The notes beneath the pieces are model-generated. The model saw only the letters and a list, made by a program, of their open reading frames with translations, did not search any database and was not told where the DNA came from. DNA of 64,000 nt from Candidatus Latescibacterota bacterium (GTDB lineage: Bacteria; Latescibacterota; UBA2968; UBA8231), in contig OZ242318.1 in assembly GCA_965208105.1 (NCBI GenBank), positions 3,200,001 to 3,264,000 on the forward strand, in the 5' to 3' direction. Shown here piece after piece: positions 9,719-17,651 of the stretch. The translations under genes were made by a program, and so were the position numbers. How positions within the stretch are numbered: position 1 is the first letter of the stretch; every line of letters begins with the position of its first letter.

Positions 9719-10858
9719 ATGCGTAAATCTACGAAATTCGTCGCCTTGGACATACATAAAGATTCGATCACCGTCGCCCTGGCCGGTGAAGGCCGAAAAG
9801 GGCCAGACCTGTATGGAACGATACCGTCTACGGGCGCCGCGTTGTCCAAGCTGGCGGGCCAACTGGCCCGTGGTGGGACCTCGTTGCGGTTTTGCTACGA
9901 GGCCGGACCCTGCGGCTACGGCGTCTACCGTCAGCTCACAGCCCTGGGGCACGCCTGCACGGTGGTGGCGCCCTCGCTGATCCCGCGTCGGCCGGGCGAC
10001 CGCATCAAGACCGACCGCCGCGATGCTGTGTCTCTGGTGCGGCTTTTCCAACACGGCGAGTTGACCCCCGTGTGGGTGCCCGACGAAGCGCAGGAGGCGA
10101 TGCGCGATCTGGAGCGCTGCCGGGAAGACTTCAAGCACGCCGAGCGCCGCGTGCGCCAGCGGCTGAACAGCTTCTTGCAGCGCCACGGCCGGATCTACTC
10201 CGGGCGCAGTCGCTGGACCCAAGCCCACTTTCGCTGGCTGCAGACCCAGCGCTTCGATCATCCGGCCCAGCAGATCGTCTTTCAGGAATACGTGGACGCG
10301 GTACAGGAAGCCCAAGGTCGGATCCAGGGGTTGGACCAGGCCCTGCAGCAGGCGCTGGAGGGATGGTCTTTGGAAGGGGAGACGCGGGCTATGAGGGCGC
10401 TGCGCGGGGTAGACACGCTCACCGCGGTTACGACCCTGGCCGAGTTGGGGGACCTCACCCGCTTTGACTCGCCGCGCCAACTGATGGCCTTCGTCGGTCT
10501 GGTCCCCAGCGAGCATTCCAGCGGCTCCCGCCAAAAGCGAGGGGCGATCACCAAGGCGGGCAACGCCCACGTGCGGCGCGTGCTGGTGGAAGCCGCCTGG
10601 TGCTATCGCTTTCCCGCCCGCAAGACGGCCGCCTTGCAACGACGCGCCGAACAGACCGCACCCCCCATACAGGCCATCGCCTGGAAGGCACAGAAACGCC
10701 TGTGTGGGCGCTATCGACGGCTGAGTGGGCGAGGGATGCCGAAAAACAAAGTCTGCACCGCGATCGCGCGGGAGCTTTTGGGTTTCATCTGGGCCATCGC
10801 CTGGGAGCAGAAACGCCCCGGCCGCCTCGTGGCCAGGAGGCCTCGGATCGCCGCCTGA
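9719..10858 (+). CDS. IS110-family DEDD recombinase/transposase
   Basis: ALDIHKD, YEAGPCG, KTDRRDA (DEDD RuvC-like domain) and GLVPSEHSSG...GAITKAGN (Tnp domain with serine); AGGAGG RBS. Confidence 0.95.
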   Translation: MRKSTKFVALDIHKDSITVALAGEGRKGPDLYGTIPSTGAALSKLAGQLARGGTSLRFCYEAGPCGYGVYRQLTALGHACTVVAPSLIPRRPGDRIKTDRRDAVSLVRLFQHGELTPVWVPDEAQEAMRDLERCREDFKHAERRVRQRLNSFLQRHGRIYSGRSRWTQAHFRWLQTQRFDHPAQQIVFQEYVDAVQEAQGRIQGLDQALQQALEGWSLEGETRAMRALRGVDTLTAVTTLAELGDLTRFDSPRQLMAFVGLVPSEHSSGSRQKRGAITKAGNAHVRRVLVEAAWCYRFPARKTAALQRRAEQTAPPIQAIAWKAQKRLCGRYRRLSGRGMPKNKVCTAIARELLGFIWAIAWEQKRPGRLVARRPRIAA

Positions 10859-10890
10859 TAAGCTCATCGTCTCAGAAGCCGGCATAGGAC

Positions 10891-11098
10891 CTTTGCTCAT
10901 GTAAATCGAAACGGGACAGAAGGGACCGGTCAGGAGAATCCTCGAAGACACTATGAGGCGCCTATCAGGCTGACCCTCGACTCTAGATTGAGGCCGCTCC
11001 GCGACGCACCCAGGACAGGCGGTAACCAACCCGCGAATATCAGTCGGATCAACCGTCGCTACAGCGTCCCTTCTGTTCCCGAACAAACTCATGCAAAG
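10891..11098 (+). ncRNA. Putative bridge RNA / seekRNA in the IS right end
   Basis: Basal stem 10913-10926 / 11066-11080 encloses two stem-loops with internal loops; loop sequences GACACTA and CTAG match the target, ATATCAG matches the IS end. Confidence 0.72.
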
Positions 11099-11153
11099 AT
11101 AACACCCGAAACGACCACCCCGGAGGGGGTTGACAACCGTCAATACATATCAG

Positions 11154-11317
11154 TGTCCCGTAGCAGAGATATGTCGCCATTATTCCGCCGATCCATCCCG
11201 GCTCACGGCGTTGCCTTCACTCGCCGTACACCACTGGTACGACTCGCTCAGGCGCCTTGTGAGCCGGGCGCCTCGGCGGCCCAATTTCGTCAACCTATCT
11301 CTGCGACGGGACACTAG
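11154..11317. mobile_element. MITE-like repeat, copy 1 (160 bp + CTAG)
   Basis: Terminal IRs TGTCCCGTAGCAGAGATA / TATCTCTGCGACGGGACA (17/18 match); flanking CTAG (left one displaced to 9602-9605 by the IS); nested internal palindromes; second copy at 25946-26113. Confidence 0.85.
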
Positions 11318-11384
11318 CGGAACCATGGTGGGACCTGGGCGAGGCACATCAGGATCGGATCCTTCGTTCACCAGGGGCAGACAA

Positions 11385-11948
11385 GTGATCTTGGTACTTG
11401 ATAATTACGATTCGTTTACCTACAATTTGACCCAATATCTCCAAATCCTTGGCGCCCAGGTCCTCGTGTATCAGAACGATGAGCTTTCCATCGAGGAGAT
11501 CGAGGCCCTGGCCCCGGAGAAAATCGTCATATCTCCGGGGCCTTCCACGCCCGACCAGGCGGGCATCTCCCTGGAGGTTGTCCGCCGTTTCGCCCCGGGG
11601 ATTCCCCTGCTCGGGGTTTGCCTGGGCCACCAGGCAATCGGACAAGCTTTCGGCGGAGTGGTGGCGCGGGCTCCTCGTGTCGTGCACGGAAAGACCGCGG
11701 AGATCTACCACGATGGCCGCACCATCTATGAGGGACTGGACAATCCACTGGTCGCCACCTGCTATCACTCACTGATGGTGGAGCGCGAAACGGTTCCGGA
11801 TTGTCTCGAGATTTCCGCCGAGACCGAAGACGGAATCGTAATGGGGTTGCGCCACAGGAAGTACGCCGTCGAAGGGGTGCAATTTCACCCGGAATCGATT
11901 CTCACGACCCAGGGCAAAGACCTTTTGAGCAATTTCCTGCGGGAATAA
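11385..11948 (+). CDS. trpG: Glutamine amidotransferase, anthranilate synthase component II / PabA
   Basis: GTG start; ILVLDNYDSFTYNL, ISPGP, GVCLGHQ, GVQFHPES. Confidence 0.92.
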   Translation: MILVLDNYDSFTYNLTQYLQILGAQVLVYQNDELSIEEIEALAPEKIVISPGPSTPDQAGISLEVVRRFAPGIPLLGVCLGHQAIGQAFGGVVARAPRVVHGKTAEIYHDGRTIYEGLDNPLVATCYHSLMVERETVPDCLEISAETEDGIVMGLRHRKYAVEGVQFHPESILTTQGKDLLSNFLRE

Positions 11949-11976
11949 GGACACCTTCCAGAGCAAAGGGCAGAGG

Positions 11977-12987
11977 ATGATACAGGAAGCCATACAAAAA
12001 CTCGTCGGTGGACGCGGTCTGACCCGCGAAGAAGCTCGCGGGGTGATGGACCAGATCATGAGCGGCGGAGCTACCGATGCCCAGATCGGGGCCTTTCTGG
12101 TCGCCTTGCGCTGCAAGGGAGAGAGCGTGGACGAAATCGCCGGCTGCGCCCAGGCGATGCGGGAGAAGGCTACCCGCGTCCAGACAAGCAGGGACCCGGT
12201 GATCGACACTTGCGGCACGGGAGGTGACGGTTCCGGTACCTTCAACATTTCGACGACCGTCGCTTTCGTTGCAGCCGGAGCCGGGTTGTGCGTGGCCAAG
12301 CACGGCAACCGCGCCATGTCGAGCCAGTGCGGTTCGGCGGACGTGCTTCAGGCCCTGGGGGTCAATATAGAAATCAGCCCCGACAAGGTGGGGAAATGCC
12401 TCGACGAGGCGGGCATCGGCTTTCTGTTTGCACCGCTGCTCCATGGCGCAATGAAGCACGCAATCGGTCCCCGCCGCGAGATCGGTGCGCGCACGGTTTT
12501 CAATGCCCTCGGGCCGCTGACCAATCCCGCCGGTGCCAGGAGGCAGTTGATCGGTGTTTACGACGGCGATCTGACCGGGAAGCTGGCCGGGGTGCTGCAT
12601 GAACTGGGCTCGGAACGCGCCTTCGTAGTCCATGGCAGCGACGGTTTGGACGAGATTACCCTGACCGGCATGACCCGGGTCGCCGAGCTGAACGCTGGAA
12701 GCATCGAAACCTACGAGATCAGGCCCGGGGATTTGGGTTTCGATGAAGCCGGAGTGGAGGAGCTGAAGGGAGGCAATGCGGAGGAGAACGCGGGGATCCT
12801 GCTGGAGGTGCTCGATGGAGGGAAAGGACCCCGCAGTGATGTGGTGTTGATGAACGCAGCCGCAGCCATCGCGGCCGGTGGCCTGGCGTCCAGCCTGGAG
12901 GAAGGGGTCGACCGGGCGCGATCCGCGATTTCCTCGGGCAGGGCGCGGGAAGCCCTCGAGAAGCTGAAAGGGGTAAGCAATAGTTGA
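11977..12987 (+). CDS. trpD: Anthranilate phosphoribosyltransferase
   Basis: DTCGTGGDG, NISTT, KHGNRAMSS, GLDEIT. Confidence 0.96.
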   Translation: MIQEAIQKLVGGRGLTREEARGVMDQIMSGGATDAQIGAFLVALRCKGESVDEIAGCAQAMREKATRVQTSRDPVIDTCGTGGDGSGTFNISTTVAFVAAGAGLCVAKHGNRAMSSQCGSADVLQALGVNIEISPDKVGKCLDEAGIGFLFAPLLHGAMKHAIGPRREIGARTVFNALGPLTNPAGARRQLIGVYDGDLTGKLAGVLHELGSERAFVVHGSDGLDEITLTGMTRVAELNAGSIETYEIRPGDLGFDEAGVEELKGGNAEENAGILLEVLDGGKGPRSDVVLMNAAAAIAAGGLASSLEEGVDRARSAISSGRAREALEKLKGVSNS

Positions 12988-13769
12988 ACGCCGCCAATAT
13001 CCTCGAGGAGATTTCCGCCTGCAAGCTGGAGTTCCTGGAACATGCAAAGCGCCTGCGGACATTGGAAGAGGTGCGCAGCGCCGCCCGCGACACCCCCGAA
13101 CCGGCAGATTTTGCAGGAGCTCTCCAGGGTGATGGAATAGCCCTGATTGCCGAGCTCAAGAAGGCTTCTCCTTCCAGGGGGGTAATCCGTCCCGATTTCG
13201 AACCGGAGCGAATCGCCGGCATCTACGCCGAGAACGGGGCACGGGCGCTTTCGGTGTTGACCGACGAGGTGTATTTTCAGGGAAACATCGCCCACCTTCA
13301 AGCCGCTCGCCGGGTTTCCGGTCTTCCTGTCCTGCGCAAGGATTTCACCGTCGATCCCTACCAGATCTACGAGTCGCGGCTCATCGGCGCCGACGCCGTT
13401 CTGCTTATCGCCGCATTGATGGACGGGGGGCAGTTGGAGGATTTCGCCGGACTGGGAGGGGACCTGGGTTTGGCGGTGCTGGTGGAGGTGCACACGGCAG
13501 GAGAATTGAGATGTGCCCTTCAGGCGCAGTCCCGCCTGGTGGGGATCAACAACCGGGACTTGAGGACCTTCGAGACCAACCTGGAGACTACCTTCGAACT
13601 GCTTCCACGAATCCCCGGAGACATTACCACCGTAAGCGAGAGCGGAATCGGTCGGCGCGAGGACGTCGAGAGCCTGCAGGATGCAGGAGTCAACGCGATG
13701 CTGGTCGGCGAATCGTTGATGGCTGAGGAAGATATCGGGGCAAAGGTGAGGGAACTGCTGGCAAGTTAG
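12984..13769 (+). CDS. trpC: Indole-3-glycerol phosphate synthase
   Basis: IAELKKASPSRG, SVLTD, LRKDF, GINNRDL, SESGI. Confidence 0.96.
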   Translation: MNAANILEEISACKLEFLEHAKRLRTLEEVRSAARDTPEPADFAGALQGDGIALIAELKKASPSRGVIRPDFEPERIAGIYAENGARALSVLTDEVYFQGNIAHLQAARRVSGLPVLRKDFTVDPYQIYESRLIGADAVLLIAALMDGGQLEDFAGLGGDLGLAVLVEVHTAGELRCALQAQSRLVGINNRDLRTFETNLETTFELLPRIPGDITTVSESGIGRREDVESLQDAGVNAMLVGESLMAEEDIGAKVRELLAS

Positions 13770-13834
13770 ATACGCTGCCGGCAGTGCTCTGCCCCTCGTC
13801 ACTTGCCGCACTGGCCGCCAAAGAAGAAGAGGAG

Positions 13835-14821
13835 ATGGGAAAAAAGCGCGTATTCTCCGGAATTCAACCTTCCGGTTCTCTGCACCTGGGCAACTACCTC
13901 GGAGCCATCCGCAACTGGGTGCATGATCAGGACAAGTTCGAGAACATCTTCTGCGTGGTGGACCAGCATGCAATCACGGTTCCTTACGACCCGGGCGATT
14001 TGAAGAGAGGTGTTCGCGAAGCCGTGGGCATATATCTGGCGGCAGGGCTCGATCCGCAGCGCTGCTTCATCTTTGTGCAGTCTCATGTCCACGAGCACAC
14101 CGAGTTGGCATGGCTGCTGACCTGCCTGACTCCCATGGGCTGGTTACAGCGCATGACCCAGTTCAAGGAAAGGTCGGAAGGTCGGCGAGGAAATGTCGGC
14201 GCCGGGCTCTTCACCTATCCGACCCTGATGGCGGCGGACATACTTCTCTATCAGGCCCATGGCGTGCCCGTGGGAGACGACCAGAAGCAGCACGTGGAGC
14301 TGGCGCGCGATATCGCACAGCGTTTCAACCATCTCTTCGGGGATGTCTTCACCATTCCGGAGCCCGTGATTCCGCCGGTTGGAGCACGGGTCATGGGACT
14401 GGACGATCCGACCAGAAAAATGTCCAAATCGGAAGGCAACCAGTACCACCGGATAGGGCTTCTGGACGGACCGGACCTCATCCGCAAGAAGCTTTCGCGG
14501 GCGGTGACGGACTCGCAGCGGGACATCGAATTCGACCCCGGTCGGCCTGGCGTCTTCAACCTTCTGACCATCTACCGGGTACTCGCAGAAAAAAGCGCGG
14601 AGGAAATCGAAGCGCACTTCGAGGGCAAGGGCTACGGTGACTTGAAGGGCGAACTTGCGGATCTGGTCATTGCGGACCTCGAACCTCTGCAGGCGCGCTA
14701 CAGGGAGGTGACGGAAGACCCCTCGTACATCGATGGCTTGCTGCAGCAGAACGTGGAAAAGTTGCGGCCGATCGTGGATCAGACCATGGACCGGGTGCGT
14801 CGAGCCATGGGCCTTAGGTAG
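13835..14821 (+). CDS. trpS: Tryptophan--tRNA ligase
   Basis: SGIQPSG, HLGN, YPTLMAADIL, PVGDDQKQH, KMSKS. Confidence 0.96.
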   Translation: MGKKRVFSGIQPSGSLHLGNYLGAIRNWVHDQDKFENIFCVVDQHAITVPYDPGDLKRGVREAVGIYLAAGLDPQRCFIFVQSHVHEHTELAWLLTCLTPMGWLQRMTQFKERSEGRRGNVGAGLFTYPTLMAADILLYQAHGVPVGDDQKQHVELARDIAQRFNHLFGDVFTIPEPVIPPVGARVMGLDDPTRKMSKSEGNQYHRIGLLDGPDLIRKKLSRAVTDSQRDIEFDPGRPGVFNLLTIYRVLAEKSAEEIEAHFEGKGYGDLKGELADLVIADLEPLQARYREVTEDPSYIDGLLQQNVEKLRPIVDQTMDRVRRAMGLR

Positions 14822-14832
14822 AGGAGCGAAAG

Positions 14833-15111
14833 ATGGATCTGAGCGACTGGCGGGCGCGCATTGACATGGTGGATCAAATTGTTGTGGACCTCCTCAACAA
14901 GCGCCTGAGCTATGCCGAGGAAATTGGCAAAATCAAACGCGGCCGCGGTCAGCAGATACTCGATCCCGATCGGGAAAAGGCTGTGCTGCACGGGGTAGTC
15001 GATTACAACCAGGGGCCAATCAGAAGCCAAACTCTGATTGCAATTTTCAAGCACATCATCCAGGAGGCCCGAGAGCTGGAGGAAAAGCAGGAGGAGGCAA
15101 ACCTTCTTTAA
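14833..15111 (+). CDS. Chorismate mutase (AroQ type)
   Basis: LSDWRARIDMVD...LLNKR...IGKIK...DPDRE AroQ pattern, 92 aa. Confidence 0.88.
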   Translation: MDLSDWRARIDMVDQIVVDLLNKRLSYAEEIGKIKRGRGQQILDPDREKAVLHGVVDYNQGPIRSQTLIAIFKHIIQEARELEEKQEEANLL

Positions 15112-16198
15112 GCGCATCGCGATCATAGGCGTGGGGCTGATTGGCGGCTCCATGGGGCTCGGCCTGAAGCGCGCGGGATACTCCGGGGACGTGGTGGGCG
15201 TCAGCCGACCGGAGACCATAGAGCAGGCCCTCGAACTCGGCGTCATCGACGCGGGATGGAGCTATGATGAAATGGAGCTCGCTCTTTCGGGCGCCGACCT
15301 GATCTTCATCTGCACGCCGATTCAGCGCATTCTCCGACTGTTCGAGGAGGTAGGGCGCTGCGCAGATCCGGGGACCCTGGTCACGGATGTGGGCAGCACG
15401 AAGCGCAGCATAATGGCCAAGGCCGCGTCCAGCCTGCGGAGAGATCTCTACTTCATTGGCGGACATCCGATGGCCGGATCTGAAAAGGCCGGAGTGAGCG
15501 CCGCAGACCCCTTCTTGTTCCAGAACGCCATCTACATCCTCACCGCCGCCTCGAACGTGCCCCGCGGGCACTTCACTGCCTTTGTCGAGCTGCTGGAGCA
15601 GGTGGGAGCCCGGGTGCTCGAACTGTCTGCAGATACCCACGATCAGGTAGTGGCCGCCATCAGTCACCTTCCCCAGATAATGGCTACCTCCCTTGTTGAG
15701 ATGGTGGGCGAAATGAACGAGGAGGATGGGTTTTTCCTGCCCCTGGCCGCAGGGGGATTCCGCGATCTGACGCGCATTGCTTCGAGTTCCTACGCGCCCA
15801 TGTGGAGGGACATCTGCCGCACCAACGCGGACCAGATCCGGGCGATGATCGACCGCTACATAGCAGTGCTCGAGGACGTCCGCGACCGCATCGAAGAGGA
15901 GAGCCTGCAGCGGGACTTTTCCTATGCCAGGGAAATCCGGGCGAAAATCCCGAGGGACGCCAAGGGGTTTATTCACACCCTGTTCGAAATTCTCGTAGTT
16001 GCCGAGGACAAGCAGGGAGTCATCGCCGAAATAGCCGCGGCCCTGGCTGGAGAGCGGATCAATATCAACGACATCGAGGTCATGAAGGTGCGCGAGGGCG
16101 AGGGCGGGACGATACGTCTGGGATTCGATTCGGAAGATGCCTGCGAGCGGGCAATGGAGATTCTGTCGGGCCTGGGGTATCAGGCGCGAAGGCCTTGA
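15038..16198 (+). CDS. tyrA: Prephenate/arogenate dehydrogenase with C-terminal ACT domain; start uncertain (see findings)
   Basis: IAIIGVGLIGGS, TDVGSTK, GGHPMAGSE, HDQVVAAISHLP, GGFRDLTRIA; ACT-like DKQGVIAEI...ININDIEV. Confidence 0.88.
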   Translation: MQFSSTSSRRPESWRKSRRRQTFFKRIAIIGVGLIGGSMGLGLKRAGYSGDVVGVSRPETIEQALELGVIDAGWSYDEMELALSGADLIFICTPIQRILRLFEEVGRCADPGTLVTDVGSTKRSIMAKAASSLRRDLYFIGGHPMAGSEKAGVSAADPFLFQNAIYILTAASNVPRGHFTAFVELLEQVGARVLELSADTHDQVVAAISHLPQIMATSLVEMVGEMNEEDGFFLPLAAGGFRDLTRIASSSYAPMWRDICRTNADQIRAMIDRYIAVLEDVRDRIEEESLQRDFSYAREIRAKIPRDAKGFIHTLFEILVVAEDKQGVIAEIAAALAGERININDIEVMKVREGEGGTIRLGFDSEDACERAMEILSGLGYQARRP

Positions 16199-16233
16199 GT
16201 GAAGGAGTGATTCTTTCGGACGAGGGGTAGAAT

Positions 16234-17514
16234 ATGGCGCGGACTATACGGCCAGCGCGCAGAATCGCCGGCGAGGTGGTGGTGCCGGGGGAGGTGGAGC
16301 CGGCGGCGCAGGCGCTGGTGCTGGCGGCGGCAGCCGAGGGCAAGAGCCAGGTCCGCAATGCTCCGCCGGGCGTCGCTCCAGTCGTGAGAGTTCTGCGCCA
16401 GCTTGGCGTCGGGATAGAACAGCGCGGGGACGTGCTGGAAATTCATGGAGAAGGGCTGCAGGGATTCGGCTTCTCCGATCAGTTGCTGGAGCTGGATGAT
16501 TGGGGAGATGCGGCCCTGTTGCTCGTGGCTCTGCTGGCAGTTCAGGGTTCTTCATCCCGGGTCAGGCTGAAGCACAGGTGGGAGAGCTGCCGCGAGTTGC
16601 TCGAACTGCTGCGCCCCATGGGTGCAATGGGCGCCTCTGAAGGTGGGGGAGTCTTTGTCGTGGGCGGCGCCGGGGAACTGGTGGGGATCAGGTGCGGGGC
16701 TGTGGATCCGGATCCTGCCCTCAAGCTTGGGGTCCTGGTCGCCGGTCTTCGCGCCCGGGGGGTTACGACTCTGCCGGAGTCCCGGAAGAATCGCGATCCG
16801 GCCCTTCCCCTGCTGAGCGCACGCAAGGTCGCAGTAGGCCGGCAAAGGGAGAGCGGGACGGGGATGTACCTGCTGTCCGTCGAGGGGGACCAGGCTATCC
16901 AGCCCCTTTCGGTGCAGTTTGGCGGCGATCTGGATCTGACATATCCACTGCTTGCTGCAGCCCTGGTGCTGAAAGATTCGCAGTTGAAGGTCCGGCGGGT
17001 GGCTCTGCGTGCCCACAAGCGGGCCTTTCTGGACCTTCTGCGCCAGCTCGGGGGGCAACTGGAGCTGCAGGAGAATGGAGACGGCACGGCGAACCTGCTC
17101 GCACGCTACGGGGAATTGAAATCGACCCGGGTGGCTGCCGGGCGCATGGAAAAAGTTTCGGATCAGGTGGCGCTTCTGGCCGTTCTGGCGACCCAGTCCA
17201 GGGGAGAATTCGTCATCCGGGATATCGAAGCCCTACGCAAGGGAGACTACGACCAAGTGGCTTACCTGGCGGACCTGTTGCGGCAGATCAATGCCAGGGT
17301 CGGAGAGTTCTCCGAAGGTCTCGTAATCAAGGGAGGGGCTCCGCTGCGGGGGGTCAAGGTCGACTGCCGGGAAGACCCGGGGTTGGCACAGGCTTTCACA
17401 GTGGCGGGTTTACTCGCCGAAAACGAGATGGTCCTCGAAGGAACGAATTGCATGGAAGAAATCCATCCCGGGTTCTTCGACGTGATCGACTCGCTGAAGG
17501 AGGAGCGACGGTGA
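16234..17514 (+). CDS. EPSP synthase (AroA)-fold protein with degenerate active site
   Basis: Length, N-terminus (IAGEVVVPG) and C-terminus (HPGFF) are AroA-like and the position is typical, but KS..NR, GNAGT, SSQ, KETDR and DHR motifs are missing. Confidence 0.72.
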   Translation: MARTIRPARRIAGEVVVPGEVEPAAQALVLAAAAEGKSQVRNAPPGVAPVVRVLRQLGVGIEQRGDVLEIHGEGLQGFGFSDQLLELDDWGDAALLLVALLAVQGSSSRVRLKHRWESCRELLELLRPMGAMGASEGGGVFVVGGAGELVGIRCGAVDPDPALKLGVLVAGLRARGVTTLPESRKNRDPALPLLSARKVAVGRQRESGTGMYLLSVEGDQAIQPLSVQFGGDLDLTYPLLAAALVLKDSQLKVRRVALRAHKRAFLDLLRQLGGQLELQENGDGTANLLARYGELKSTRVAAGRMEKVSDQVALLAVLATQSRGEFVIRDIEALRKGDYDQVAYLADLLRQINARVGEFSEGLVIKGGAPLRGVKVDCREDPGLAQAFTVAGLLAENEMVLEGTNCMEEIHPGFFDVIDSLKEERR

Positions 17515-17651
17515 GAGGGTTTTTCAGACTGCTGCTCATCCTCGTCGGGCTGTTCTGCGCGGTCCTGGTGCTGGTCCGCCAACTCTACGACCTTTCCTGG
17601 CGCGAGAGCCTGGAGGTTGTCGACCAGTTCATCGAGGATTTGCTCAGTTGA
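17511..17651 (+). CDS. Small single-pass membrane protein (46 aa)
   Basis: GTG start with AAGGAGG RBS; GTGA overlap with the aroA-like stop and TTGA overlap with aroE; hydrophobic LLLILVGLFCAVLVLV. Confidence 0.65.
   Translation: MRGFFRLLLILVGLFCAVLVLVRQLYDLSWRESLEVVDQFIEDLLS

Larger units (their letters stand above)
9606..11153 (+). mobile_element. IS110-family (IS1111-type) insertion sequence, ~1548 bp
   Basis: Perfect 13-bp sub-terminal inverted repeats TATGTATTGACGG (9610-9622) / CCGTCAATACATA (11137-11149); short left and long right non-coding ends; AG dinucleotide at both junctions; removal restores CTAG|TGTCCCG. Confidence 0.9.

Noticed and set aside
10911-10918. ACGGGACA as an 8-nt target guide (reverse complement of TGTCCCGT)
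   Set aside because: Mostly buried in the basal stem pairing with 11066-11080; the loop-located GACACTA is the better guide candidate
9602-11143. 513-aa minus-strand ORF across the IS
   Set aside because: Antisense shadow of the transposase with no recognisable motifs
11130-11153. Circle-junction or outward hybrid promoter from TTGACA in the IS right end
   Set aside because: A good -35 is present, but neither the predicted junction nor the MITE flank gives a convincing -10 at 16-18 bp
11130-11384. N-terminal extension of TrpG (272-aa ORF)
   Set aside because: The extension is read through IS and MITE sequence; homology starts at GTG 11385
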